Below are positions 26,196-35,354 of a stretch of DNA of 64,000 nucleotides, piece after piece. The notes below the pieces were generated by a model that saw only the letters and a program-made list of their open reading frames with translations, was not told where the DNA came from and ran no database searches. Position 1 is the first letter of the stretch. Each line of letters begins with the position of its first letter. The position numbers were made by a program, and so were the translations under genes. Source of the stretch: an uncultured Methanomicrobiales archaeon (GTDB taxonomy: Archaea > Halobacteriota > Methanomicrobia > Methanomicrobiales > Methanospirillaceae). The stretch is taken from positions 12-64,011 of the forward strand of contig CAIULN010000075.1 of assembly GCA_903900025.1 (NCBI GenBank), written 5' to 3'.

Positions 26196-27478
26196 GCAGC
26201 CCCTCCGGCAGGAATGCTGTCACCCTGCAGCTGGTGCGCAATAATCTTTACCTTGACGATCCGCCGCCCGCGCATCTGCATGACCATAAGCGTCAGCCTC
26301 CCCGCGTCGATCTCCGCCTTCTCCCCGGGATGCTGCGGGATGTGTCCCAGCCGGTCGAGTAAAAGTCCCCCGACCGTTTCGTATGAATGGTCAACCGGCA
26401 GGCTGATTCCCAGCTGTTCGTTGAGGTCCTCGATCCACATCTGGGCGTCCACGACATAGACTCCCTCGCCCAGTTTCTGGACCTCTGGTTCCTCCTTGTC
26501 GAATTCGTCCTGGATGTCGCCGACGATCTCCTCGAGGATGTCCTCAACCGTCACGATCCCGACAAAACTGCTGTATTCATCGATCACGATCGCAATCTGC
26601 AGCCGCCGCATCTGCAGGTCTTTTAGCAGGTCATCAATCTTTTTTGTCTCGGGGACAAAGGTCGGATCGTACATTATTTCCGTGATTGCAGAATCTTTCC
26701 GGCGGGATACCATTGCACAGAAGACGTCTTTCACATTCAGGATACCGATAATATTGTCGATCCTGTCATGGAAGACTGGGATACGGGAGAAACCCGTCTC
26801 GTTGAAGATCCGGATCGCCTCCTCGAACGTCACGGTGTCCTCCATGAGCGTCACGTCGATACGGGGTGTCATGATCTCGCGGGCGGTCGTGTCGCCGAAC
26901 TCGAGCACGGAGTAGAGCATGTCCTGCTCTTCCTGCTCAATCGTCCCTTCCTCCTTGCCGACATCGATCCACTCCTTGATCTCTTCCTCGGTCACCGATT
27001 GTTCCGCCTGGTCCCGGTACAGGGGCAGGGAACGGCTCACCCTGTCAACGAGCCATATCGCCGGGCTGAAGAGATACGAAAGGAACAGGACCGGGCGGGC
27101 AACGGCAAGTGCAAAATGTTCGGACGCACGGGCTGCGTAGACCTTGGGGCCGATCTCGCCAAAGACGAGCAGGATGATCACGACAATACCGGTAGCAATC
27201 CCGACACCGACATTGCCAAACGCCGTAATCGCAATCGCAGTTGCGATTGCTGCGGCAGCGATATTGACGATTGTGTTGCCGATCAGGATCGTGGTGAGCA
27301 GGTGGTTGGGCGATTCCTTGAGCCGGGAAAGTGCCCCGGCACCCGGCCTCTTCTCATTGACAAGCGTCCTGACCTTTGCCCGGGTGATCGAGATCAGCGC
27401 CACCTCGGAACTGGAGAAAAATGCCGAGAGGATGACACAGATGATGAAGAGGGCGATGTTGAGCGGATCGATGATCAT
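26192..27478 (-). CDS. CNNM/HlyC-CorC family transporter (DUF21, CBS pair, CorC_HlyC)
   Basis: Start trimmed to MIIDPLNIALFIICVILSAFFSSSEVAL (27478). CBS pair region (AREIMTPRIDV...) and a C-terminal transporter-associated domain. Confidence 0.85.
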   Translation of the reverse strand: MIIDPLNIALFIICVILSAFFSSSEVALISITRAKVRTLVNEKRPGAGALSRLKESPNHLLTTILIGNTIVNIAAAAIATAIAITAFGNVGVGIATGIVVIILLVFGEIGPKVYAARASEHFALAVARPVLFLSYLFSPAIWLVDRVSRSLPLYRDQAEQSVTEEEIKEWIDVGKEEGTIEQEEQDMLYSVLEFGDTTAREIMTPRIDVTLMEDTVTFEEAIRIFNETGFSRIPVFHDRIDNIIGILNVKDVFCAMVSRRKDSAITEIMYDPTFVPETKKIDDLLKDLQMRRLQIAIVIDEYSSFVGIVTVEDILEEIVGDIQDEFDKEEPEVQKLGEGVYVVDAQMWIEDLNEQLGISLPVDHSYETVGGLLLDRLGHIPQHPGEKAEIDAGRLTLMVMQMRGRRIVKVKIIAHQLQGDSIPAGGAA

Positions 27479-27573
27479 GGGATCCACGCCGCAGGACGGC
27501 AACCGCACAAAGGTGTGTTCATAAAGCGAATGACATTACACATAATGTGGGGTAATGAGATAAAATTAGCGGG

Positions 27574-28413
27574 TTAATGATAACACTGCTCTAAAAAGGC
27601 CCGGTCTGCCGCCAGTAACGATACCTTTTCCTGCGATGTGAGCGGGCGGCCAAGGTTCAGGTCCTCGATCTCCAGTGTCAGGGACCCTGCATACCCGTGA
27701 TCCCGCAGCGCCAAAACAACCTGTGCCATCGCGGGGCTGTTGTCGAGCGGGAGGTGCAGGCGCTTCCCCTCGATCCTGCTGATATGCACGTTTGCGAGCC
27801 GGTCGGAACAGAGCTCAATATACCTGAACAGATCATCCGGTGGACCGGCGATCGCGTGCGCAACATCGAGCGTGAAGAAAAGCCAGGGTTCGTCGTCGAG
27901 CAGGTCCCGCATTCTTGTTGGGGTGCAGAGCAGCGAGTTGACGATCGGTTCCATGTTCTCCATGCTCACCTTCACATCCATCCCCGCTGCCGCTTTTCGC
28001 AGTGCCGCAATGTAACGGTCGAACCGCACGAAATCTGCATCTGATGGCGGGCGTTTTGCGGTACGCCTGCCAGGGTGAACCGTCACTACTCCGGCACCCA
28101 GTTTTTCAGCGAGCCGGAGGGATTTCACGGCGTACTCAACGGAGACGGCTGCGACCCGGGGATTGACCGAGCAGGGGTTCAGGTCGAGGATCGGCGCATG
28201 AACGGTGATTGCCGGCACCTCGGGATGATCCTGCCTGCATGCAAGAACCTCGTCAACAGGACAGTCGCGGAGCCAGAAATGGGGGGTCTCAGGCCAGAAC
28301 TCCATCCCGTTTAATCCCGCGGCACTGACATACGAGAAGATCTCCGGGCACGGGTATTCATGGAAGAACATGCTGGAGACGGCAAAAACCGGCATGGTAC
28401 TACTCATGTACAT
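27574..28413 (-). CDS. Xylose isomerase-like TIM-barrel protein (sugar phosphate isomerase/epimerase family)
   Basis: Family-typical blocks HAPILDLNPCS, VTVHPG and ENMEP. The track ORF begins at a TTG (28452); the first ATGs are at 28413, 28407 and 28395, so the start is uncertain. Confidence 0.75.
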   Translation of the reverse strand: MYMSSTMPVFAVSSMFFHEYPCPEIFSYVSAAGLNGMEFWPETPHFWLRDCPVDEVLACRQDHPEVPAITVHAPILDLNPCSVNPRVAAVSVEYAVKSLRLAEKLGAGVVTVHPGRRTAKRPPSDADFVRFDRYIAALRKAAAGMDVKVSMENMEPIVNSLLCTPTRMRDLLDDEPWLFFTLDVAHAIAGPPDDLFRYIELCSDRLANVHISRIEGKRLHLPLDNSPAMAQVVLALRDHGYAGSLTLEIEDLNLGRPLTSQEKVSLLAADRAFLEQCYH

Positions 28414-28453
28414 CAAAGACCATTCGTTGAATACGTATGTGGTCTTCTCCAAT

Positions 28454-28633
28454 AGTGTTCAACGCATTCTTTTCTGATGTAACCCATGTGGCATTTTTTT
28501 AAATGCCACAGTCTCACATCTCCGATGTGAAACTTCCCCCGACTCTCCCGAGTCGGTGATTGTTCCCTGGTAGTGACAAAGGAACGGTGGCAATGGGAAT
28601 TGCCACTTGGGTAAACGTGGTGCGTTCAACACT
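28454..28633. repeat. 180-nt hairpin-dense element bounded by a 13-nt inverted repeat (ncRNA, operator cluster or MITE-like element)
   Basis: Ends are AGTGTTCAACGCA (28454-66) and TGCGTTCAACACT (28621-33), 12 of 13 complementary. Internal perfect stems: TGTGGCATTT/AAATGCCACA (28487-28510), TCACATC/GATGTGA (28514-30), CCGACTC/GAGTCGG (28539-56), GTGGCAAT/ATTGCCAC (28587-28606). Confidence 0.5.
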
Positions 28634-28664
28634 ATAATATGCATTTTGCGCATAATAGTTGTTG

Positions 28665-29915
28665 ATGGACTGGTTTTACGGCCCTGAAATATCCGTCCCG
28701 GGGAAAACGGCGCCGTTGCGGGTATCGGAAGTCTCGGCACTCATCGAAGAACTTCTGGACGATTCGCGCCTTCAGGACATCTGGGTGAAGGGTGAAGTGA
28801 CAAAGTTTACCCGCAGTTCCCGCGGCCACTGTTATTTTACCCTATCTGAGGGGAAAGGGCAAAATATCGTGGCGGTCATCTCCTGCGTCATATGGAAGTC
28901 CGATGCCGAGCGGCTCTCCTTTGCTCCATCCGATGGCATGGAAGTGAACGTCTCCGGATCGGTAACCGCGTATGCACCCCAGGGCAGGTACCAGTTCAGG
29001 GTAAAAGACATCCTTCAGGCGGGGATCGGTGAGAAATACCTGCTCATCGAACAATGGAAAAAGGAACTTGCGGCAGAAGGCTGTTTTGCCGGAGAGCGGA
29101 AACGCCTGCTGCCCGCATATCCCCAAAGGGTGGGCGTCGTCACCTCCGAGACCGGCGCGGTGATCCATGACATCCGTACCGTGATATCCCGGCGCTACCC
29201 GCTGGAGATCATCATATCCCCGACCGCGGTCCAGGGCGAGGAGGCGCACCGCGAGATTGCACAGGCAATCCGCCGGCTCACGGACTCGGTCGATGTGATT
29301 ATTGTTGCAAGGGGCGGCGGGAGTTTCGAGGACCTCTTCTGCTTCAATCACCCTGATGTTGTCCGGGCAATCGCGGCATGTCCGGTCCCCGTCGTTTCTG
29401 CGATCGGCCATGAAGTTGACGTGACCCTTGCCGATCTTGCTGCAGACATGCGGGCGGCAACGCCATCCGCCGCCGCTGAGCTGGTCGTTCCTGACCGGAA
29501 GATCCTGCTCGGGCACCTGGACGAACTGAAAATTCAGGCAGGGGGTGTGCTCCTGGACCGCATTGAACGGGCAAAAACGATGATTTCCGATCTCAGGGAC
29601 CGGCTCCGCCCCCTGCGGTTTGTAAAAAAAGTGGACGAGAGGAAGCAGGCGACTGCCGATACGGCGGACCGGCTCGAACGTGCGTACCGGACCCGTATCG
29701 GGCGTGAACACCTCATCCTGTCCGAAATAACCACTGCGCTGGAGGGCAGAAACCCGCTTTCAGTGCTCGCACGGGGGTTCTGTGTCGCGGAAAAGGATGA
29801 CCGGCTGGTAAAAAGCGTGGATCTGCTGGAGCAGAATGACCGGCTCAGCATCCGGTTTTACGATGGGAGGAGCCACGTGATCGTGGAGCGTGTGGAACAT
29901 GACAGAATCGTATGA
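28665..29915 (+). CDS. xseA: Exodeoxyribonuclease VII large subunit
   Basis: OB-fold N-terminus (VSEVSALIEELL...IWVKGEVTKF...GHCYFTL), then VGVVTSETGAVIHDI, RGGGSFEDL and a long coiled-coil tail. ATG at 28665 (the track starts at TTG 28659). Confidence 0.9.
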   Translation: MDWFYGPEISVPGKTAPLRVSEVSALIEELLDDSRLQDIWVKGEVTKFTRSSRGHCYFTLSEGKGQNIVAVISCVIWKSDAERLSFAPSDGMEVNVSGSVTAYAPQGRYQFRVKDILQAGIGEKYLLIEQWKKELAAEGCFAGERKRLLPAYPQRVGVVTSETGAVIHDIRTVISRRYPLEIIISPTAVQGEEAHREIAQAIRRLTDSVDVIIVARGGGSFEDLFCFNHPDVVRAIAACPVPVVSAIGHEVDVTLADLAADMRAATPSAAAELVVPDRKILLGHLDELKIQAGGVLLDRIERAKTMISDLRDRLRPLRFVKKVDERKQATADTADRLERAYRTRIGREHLILSEITTALEGRNPLSVLARGFCVAEKDDRLVKSVDLLEQNDRLSIRFYDGRSHVIVERVEHDRIV

Positions 29916-30084
29916 GCAGAAGATTGAGCGGTTGAAACAGATTATCGAAAAGATTGAAGACGGGAACACAAGCCTTGATGAGAGCATCCGGCTCTACGAA
30001 CAGGGAGCGGCGCTTGTAAAACAGTGCGAAACCCTTCTCTCCGAGGCGGAAGTAAAAATCACCACCCTCAGCCGGGACACGTAG
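29890..30084 (+). CDS. xseB: Exodeoxyribonuclease VII small subunit
   Basis: 64 aa. YEQKIERLKQIIEKIEDGNTSLDESIRLYEQGAALVKQCETLL is the canonical XseB helix pattern. Overlaps the xseA end by 26 nt. Confidence 0.85.
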   Translation: MWNMTESYEQKIERLKQIIEKIEDGNTSLDESIRLYEQGAALVKQCETLLSEAEVKITTLSRDT

Positions 30085-30496
30085 CGACCATGGTGATAAC
30101 CACTGGCCGTCCCGCCCTGAGGAGTGCGACGAGTTCTTTTGGCAGTGTCGCTGCCACGTAGTCTGAACAGATGCCGATAGTCCGCCCGCAGACAAACCTG
30201 CTTTTTCTCCATACAAAATCGGTGGGATGAGTAAGGGTCATCGCACTCGTACCACGGGAGTGGACCGCAACCTCAATTCCCCCGCATGCAAGGGTGGTTA
30301 CCAGTTCTGCATCGTCATGGCAGAGCACTTCCTTGAACTGCGGCAAAAGTCCTGCTGCCCCTTTGTCGGCCCTGATACCGATAATGCAGTGCCCGTTTTT
30401 TGTCAGCGTCTCTTCCGCCGTCACCTCGAAGGTTGTCGGGTGGCTCGCTATGACGAGCGGGTGACCATGGCAGCGGATGACCTCGGTTGCCTCCAT
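30068..30496 (-). CDS. DUF371-family protein
   Basis: IRCHGHPLVIASHPTTFEVTAEETLTKNGHCIIGIRADKG resembles the conserved archaeal DUF371 N-terminal block. Assignment made from memory. Confidence 0.65.
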   Translation of the reverse strand: MEATEVIRCHGHPLVIASHPTTFEVTAEETLTKNGHCIIGIRADKGAAGLLPQFKEVLCHDDAELVTTLACGGIEVAVHSRGTSAMTLTHPTDFVWRKSRFVCGRTIGICSDYVAATLPKELVALLRAGRPVVITMVATCPG

Positions 30497-30530
30497 GCTT
30501 TATTTAGGTGAGGGTCGCTATTGATATTCA

Positions 30531-31106
30531 ATGTTTATCTCCGCCTACTGCCCCGAATGCGGGGAAGAATGCGAGCATGAGGTCGTGGCAGACACCCGAT
30601 ACAAACTCGTGCGCTGCACGAGCTGCAGGCATGTCCAGCGTCTCAAAAAAGAAAAGACATCCGGACCGATCATGGTCAAGACGATCGTGAGCCGTGAGGA
30701 CAGTTCGATGGTCTGCGGGATCGAACTGATGCCGGATGATGAATGTGCCATCGATGACCACCTCGTGGCAGAATGCGGGGATGAGGCGTTCGGGGTCGAG
30801 GTTACCGGGATCGAGTGCGGGGAGCGGAGGGTGCAGCGTGCCCGTGCAAAGGCGATCACCTCCCTCTGGACGCGTGTGATCGAGCAGGTGGTCGTCAAGA
30901 TCTCCGTCCACGACGGCAAAAAAACGATCCCGCTCTACCGGGAATGTGAAGGGGAAGACCCCTTTGTTGTCGGGGATATCTATACGGTTCAGGGGAAGCG
31001 TTTTAAAATCACCCAACTGAAGCTGCGGGACGGCCCTCTGATGAGAAAAGAGGGCTGGAAGACCGTGGCGCACCGGATCAAACGGGTATACGGTTACCGG
31101 CTATAG
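30531..31106 (+). CDS. Conserved archaeal zinc-ribbon protein (N-terminal CxxC...CxxC)
   Basis: MFISAYCPECGEECEHEVVADTRYKLVRCTSCRHVQRL is a four-Cys ribbon, followed by a beta-rich domain. The exact family is not determined. Confidence 0.6.
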   Translation: MFISAYCPECGEECEHEVVADTRYKLVRCTSCRHVQRLKKEKTSGPIMVKTIVSREDSSMVCGIELMPDDECAIDDHLVAECGDEAFGVEVTGIECGERRVQRARAKAITSLWTRVIEQVVVKISVHDGKKTIPLYRECEGEDPFVVGDIYTVQGKRFKITQLKLRDGPLMRKEGWKTVAHRIKRVYGYRL

Positions 31107-31361
31107 GTATTTCTTGATCGCTCCTTCCAGCTGCTCCCGGTGCACGACACCCTCGAACCGTTCCTTCACCGAACCGTCCTTTTCAATGATGATGGTCGGT
31201 GTCACCCTGAGGGTATACTGTTTGATATACTGGGGGTTCTTTACCGCATCAATCTCCTCGATGCTGACGTGGAGCACGTCTGCCACCTCCCGGTTGATCG
31301 GGCTCTGCTCCATGCAGCCCATGCAGCCGGGCTGGTAAAAACAGGTCACGGCAACTGCCAT
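31101..31361 (-). CDS. Thioredoxin/glutaredoxin-like protein (CxxC)
   Basis: Start trimmed to MAVAVTCFYQPGCMGCMEQ (ATG 31361). CMGC active-site-like motif and a TPTIIIEKDG cis-Pro block. Confidence 0.7.
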   Translation of the reverse strand: MAVAVTCFYQPGCMGCMEQSPINREVADVLHVSIEEIDAVKNPQYIKQYTLRVTPTIIIEKDGSVKERFEGVVHREQLEGAIKKYL

Positions 31362-31408
31362 AGGTACCAGAAGGCAGACGTCCAATAAAAAGGATGTGGT
31401 AGGCGATC

Positions 31409-32095
31409 TCAAACCTTGGTGATCGAAACGATCGTTACATCGATGCTGGGATACCCGAAGTCAATGGAGACACCGTCTGCTGACTTTTTTGTTACCGTAC
31501 CGATCCTGAGGGAGTATGACGATTCAGTCGCATTTTTTTCAAGTTCGGGAGTATCGGAGACCCCCATGGTAACCTGATTCCCGATATACACTTCGGTTAT
31601 GTTGACGCCGTTGCTCTTCAGCTGGTCGGCAGACCAGGTCTGGGTCATCGAACCCTTAAAGGGGATGCTGATCGATTTCTGTTCATTCTGCTTCATGCCG
31701 ATGATATTTCTGGTGATCTCCTCATATTCACCACCGAACAGGGCAAAGGTCTTTGTCCATCCGCTGCTTGGCGAATAGACCGCAAGGGGAACGACCGCCT
31801 TTGCAGAGCTCTGGTTTGCCACAACAACCAGTTGTTTTGCAAAGAAGATCCCGGCACCGGATCCTGTGACCTGGTTATAGAGTTGCTGGTCCGTTGTGAC
31901 CAGAGGAGCTCCGTTCCCGTCACGTATCGTGTAATCGATCGTCACGGTGTCACCCGGTTTTATGACAGAGAAGAATGAGAGCCACCCGGTGCCCATCGCT
32001 GAAACCACCATCAGCACCACAAAAAGGACACACGCGATGATCACGAGCGCCTTGATCCAGGTCTTTGTCTGTTGTTTTGGCTTTTTTTCGCCCAT
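31409..32095 (-). CDS. Membrane-anchored protein with FKBP-like N-terminal block (tentative)
   Basis: ATG at 32095 (MGEKKPKQQTK) and a TM helix ALVIIACVLFVVLMVVSAM. GDTVTIDYTIRDGNGAPL resembles the start of FKBP-type PPIase domains, but the rest is not diagnostic. Confidence 0.5.
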   Translation of the reverse strand: MGEKKPKQQTKTWIKALVIIACVLFVVLMVVSAMGTGWLSFFSVIKPGDTVTIDYTIRDGNGAPLVTTDQQLYNQVTGSGAGIFFAKQLVVVANQSSAKAVVPLAVYSPSSGWTKTFALFGGEYEEITRNIIGMKQNEQKSISIPFKGSMTQTWSADQLKSNGVNITEVYIGNQVTMGVSDTPELEKNATESSYSLRIGTVTKKSADGVSIDFGYPSIDVTIVSITKV

Positions 32096-32282
32096 TGCTG
32101 CGATCCTCCGTATAAATTCATCACCCAATTGAGATAAACTATTCCGATTCGGTTACCGGAAGATTGCATACCCCCACAAGTACGCACCGGAACCAAAAAA
32201 ACATTTAAATACAATAAAAACTAACCAAAAGTTACCCCAAACGGGTGAAACCACGGGGGAAAACGGGACAGGAGGGAGAACG

Positions 32283-32756
32283 ATGGCATGGAGACGGTAT
32301 CCATTTGAATCAGTGTGGAGAGATATGGAAGACATGAGAGCCGAGCTGGAGAACCTGTTCCAGCAGACGTACTCTGGTGGCAAGCTCCTCCCGCCGGGCG
32401 GTGTTGGTGACCGGATGCTCCCTGCGATCCGCGGGGAGTTCCGTATAGATGTCCGCGACCATGATGACGAAGTGATCGTTGTCGCAGACCTGCCGGGTGT
32501 CGAGAAGGATGATGTATCGCTCCAGCTCTTAAGCTCGCGTGCACTGGAGATATCCTGTGAACGGAAGGGAGAAAAAGAGGAGAAATCCGAGGGCTACTAC
32601 ATGCGGGAACGTGTGTATGGGTCGATGAGGCGGATCGTTGCGATGCCTGCCGATGTAACCGAGGACGACTCGAACGCAAGCTTCAGGAACGGCGTGCTGG
32701 AGGTCAGGCTCAAAAAAACAAAAATCCTGCCCAAGGCACGCATACAGATCGAATAA
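32283..32756 (+). CDS. hsp20: Hsp20/alpha-crystallin family small heat-shock protein
   Basis: Alpha-crystallin blocks: DVRDHDDEVIVVADLPGVEKDDVSLQL, YGSMRRIVAMPADV, ASFRNGVLEVRLKK. Confidence 0.9.
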   Translation: MAWRRYPFESVWRDMEDMRAELENLFQQTYSGGKLLPPGGVGDRMLPAIRGEFRIDVRDHDDEVIVVADLPGVEKDDVSLQLLSSRALEISCERKGEKEEKSEGYYMRERVYGSMRRIVAMPADVTEDDSNASFRNGVLEVRLKKTKILPKARIQIE

Positions 32757-32950
32757 CTTTTTTTTTCTTTTTATCGTGCTGAACGCAACAGTTCCGGCCA
32801 ATCTCTGGCTTCATGATGGACAGAGAGTGGCCGGTATTGAGATATGCGCCGTCAGCACCATGGAAGAACACCCAAGAAGGTGTATGAATAGCGGGGTTTT
32901 TTACGATAATTAACGATGAGTTCAAGTCATCCGCGCCACAAGCTGTAGTG

Positions 32951-33736
32951 ATGGATAAAAAAAAGGTCAGGGACTACATGACCTACGACGTGGTAAGTGT
33001 CGATCTCCACGGCACCGTCCATACGGTCATGGAAAAGATCCAGACCACGCACCACGACGGTTTTCCTGTTGTTGACGGAAATGTTGTCGTAGGCTATATT
33101 GCTGCCCGTGATCTGCTATTCGTCCCGCCCATAACCCCGGTTGAAAAGGTGATGTCGGGCAACCTGATCGTCGCAGACCCTGATATGAGCATCACTGATG
33201 CCGCACGAGTGATCTTCCGGTCAGGGATCCAGAAACTTCCTGTCGTCGATGAAAAGAACCACCTGCTGGGCATCATCTCCAACTCCGATGTGATCCGCTC
33301 GCAGATTGAACGTGTCTCACCGGAAAAAGTCTTCAATTTCATGACCACATTAAAAAAACTCTATGGTGTCGACCCCACACTCAACCGCGGCACGGTGCCG
33401 ATCTCCGATCTCCTCCCGACCCAGTCGAAGATCTATGAGGATGAGCTCGAAGGGAGGATCTACGAGATCAAAAAAGGGCTCGCTGAACCCATCATTGTCG
33501 TAAAACGGCCGAACCGCACCATCCTTGTCGATGGCCATCACCGGGCGGTTGCCGCAAAAAAACTCGGGATCACGGCGCTTGATGCCTATATCATCGAAAT
33601 CTCAGAGGATGTCGAGCTCGGCATGGAGCGGACCGCACACGCGATGAACCTGCGGACGCTTGATGACATCCAGGTGCTGGACTATGCCCGCCACCCGCTG
33701 GTCGCGCTCACCCACCGTTTCGCAAAGAAAGGTTAG
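32951..33736 (+). CDS. CBS-pair plus ParB/sulfiredoxin-like nuclease-domain protein
   Basis: Two CBS motifs (VRDYMTYDVVSV..., VEKVMSGNLIVA...), then LLPTQSKIYEDEL...ILVDGHHRAVAAKKLG, a ParB-like DGHHR box. ATG at 32951. Confidence 0.8.
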   Translation: MDKKKVRDYMTYDVVSVDLHGTVHTVMEKIQTTHHDGFPVVDGNVVVGYIAARDLLFVPPITPVEKVMSGNLIVADPDMSITDAARVIFRSGIQKLPVVDEKNHLLGIISNSDVIRSQIERVSPEKVFNFMTTLKKLYGVDPTLNRGTVPISDLLPTQSKIYEDELEGRIYEIKKGLAEPIIVVKRPNRTILVDGHHRAVAAKKLGITALDAYIIEISEDVELGMERTAHAMNLRTLDDIQVLDYARHPLVALTHRFAKKG

Positions 33737-34911
33737 GAACCTTCACAGCGAAGGTCATATTTTTCATTGAGCACGTGCTCTTTGACAACCGTCCCCTCAG
33801 CAACGACTACTTCCGGCCAGAGACGGGTCTTGGAATGGACAACGACCGTGTCCCGCAACACGACGCGGGGTCCGATCACGGTGTCGTTCTCGATACTGCA
33901 ATTTGCGCCGACATGGGTATCGATGTCAATGATGCTCCCGGAGATTGTGGTATTCGTGCCCACAATCACCCTGTTGTACAGGGAGGAGGAGAATATCTTC
34001 ACGTTATTGCGCAGGATGCATTTTTCCCCGATTGTTGTGTACGGGCCGATAAGCACGCTGTCCCCGATCGTTGTACCGGCCCCAATCGCCACAGGACCAA
34101 TAATCCGCGAATTCCTGCCAAGGGTAATGGCATCCCCCAGCTCAACAGGGCCCTGGACGTGCGCCCCCCGCATGGAGAGGTCCCCATTGATGGTCGTGGA
34201 TGCCATTTCCGCAAGTTTCCAGCGTTCCGCCTGACGCAGGGAATGGGGGCTTCCGACATCGGTCCAGTTCCCCCGCGCCAGCCACCCCTTGAGGGAATAC
34301 CCCTCCTCCATCATGTGGGGAAAAAGGTCGCGTGCAAAATCAAACTTCTTTCCTTTGGGAATATAATCGAAGACCGCCGGACTACAGACATACATGCCGG
34401 TGCTGGCAAGGTTTGAAAAAATTTCCCCCGGCGCCGGTTTCTCTTTGAACCGTTTGATGTCATAACTGACATCGATCTCGGCGATGCCATACTCTCCGGG
34501 GTCATCGATACTGATCAGCCCGATGGAGACCGCTGCTTTGCCTGTTATGTGTGCACGGTAAAATTCCAGTACGTTCAGGTCGGTGACATGGTCCCCGCCG
34601 ACCACGAGGAAGTCCTGGCCTTCCAGATATTTCTGGGCGTTTTTCACGCTCCCTGCCGTGCCGAGCTTGGTCTTCTCACGCACGTACGTGATCGTGGTAC
34701 CGGACAGCGAGCCGTCACCCAGAGCTTCCTCGATTGCCGTCCCCAGGTACCCCAGCGTGATGACGATATCACGGAACCCCATATTGGAGAGGTGTGCGAC
34801 CAGGTGCTCGATAGACGGTCGGTTGACGATCGGAATGCAGGGTTTCGGCCGTTCAAACGTGAGGGGGCGCAGGCGTGTGCCCTCACCCCCGCACATAATA
34901 CACACCTTCAT
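33733..34911 (-). CDS. Sugar-phosphate nucleotidyltransferase with left-handed beta-helix C-terminal domain
   Basis: Start trimmed to MKVCIMCGGEGTRLRPLTFERPKPCIPI (34911), a GxGxR nucleotidyltransferase motif. The C-terminal half shows hexapeptide repeats (IGDSVLIGPYTTIGEKCILRNNVKI...). Confidence 0.85.
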   Translation of the reverse strand: MKVCIMCGGEGTRLRPLTFERPKPCIPIVNRPSIEHLVAHLSNMGFRDIVITLGYLGTAIEEALGDGSLSGTTITYVREKTKLGTAGSVKNAQKYLEGQDFLVVGGDHVTDLNVLEFYRAHITGKAAVSIGLISIDDPGEYGIAEIDVSYDIKRFKEKPAPGEIFSNLASTGMYVCSPAVFDYIPKGKKFDFARDLFPHMMEEGYSLKGWLARGNWTDVGSPHSLRQAERWKLAEMASTTINGDLSMRGAHVQGPVELGDAITLGRNSRIIGPVAIGAGTTIGDSVLIGPYTTIGEKCILRNNVKIFSSSLYNRVIVGTNTTISGSIIDIDTHVGANCSIENDTVIGPRVVLRDTVVVHSKTRLWPEVVVAEGTVVKEHVLNEKYDLRCEGS

Positions 34912-34990
34912 AGACAGTTTTTGGCGCTGAACAGGTTTAATTATAATGTCCTCCGCCACAGTACCAAAGGTACGATATGGATGGACGAGA

Positions 34991-35251
34991 ATGGACAATT
35001 ACCGGATAATTCCCGTGAAGAAAGGCAACGTGCAGTGCCTTCCTGATAAGGAGGAGCCGGTCGATTACTGCCGGCTCTGCATCCATGCACGGGAATTTTC
35101 TGTGCAGGGAAGGTTTGTTGCGTCCCCGTCACTTGCCTATTGCCTGAAATGTAAGGTAACAGATAACGTTGACCTCAAAAGAGTCGAATTTGTGAAGTGT
35201 GCAGACCGCCAGTGCGAAGGATTTCATTCCATCGCAAGTATCATCGGGTAA
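34991..35251 (+). CDS. Small Cys-rich hypothetical protein
   Basis: MDNYRIIPVKKGNVQCLPDKEEPVDYCRLCIHAREF...CLKCKV...CADRQCEGF contains several CxxC pairs. No family recognised and the start is uncertain. Confidence 0.35.
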   Translation: MDNYRIIPVKKGNVQCLPDKEEPVDYCRLCIHAREFSVQGRFVASPSLAYCLKCKVTDNVDLKRVEFVKCADRQCEGFHSIASIIG

Positions 35252-35354
35252 CCTCTCTCTTTTTTTTTTGATTTTTCACGGGAGCTCCCGGACATTCCCC
35301 ATGATACTTTTTTTGTAATAACAAAACATCAGTTGTATCTTTCGTTCCTCCCCC

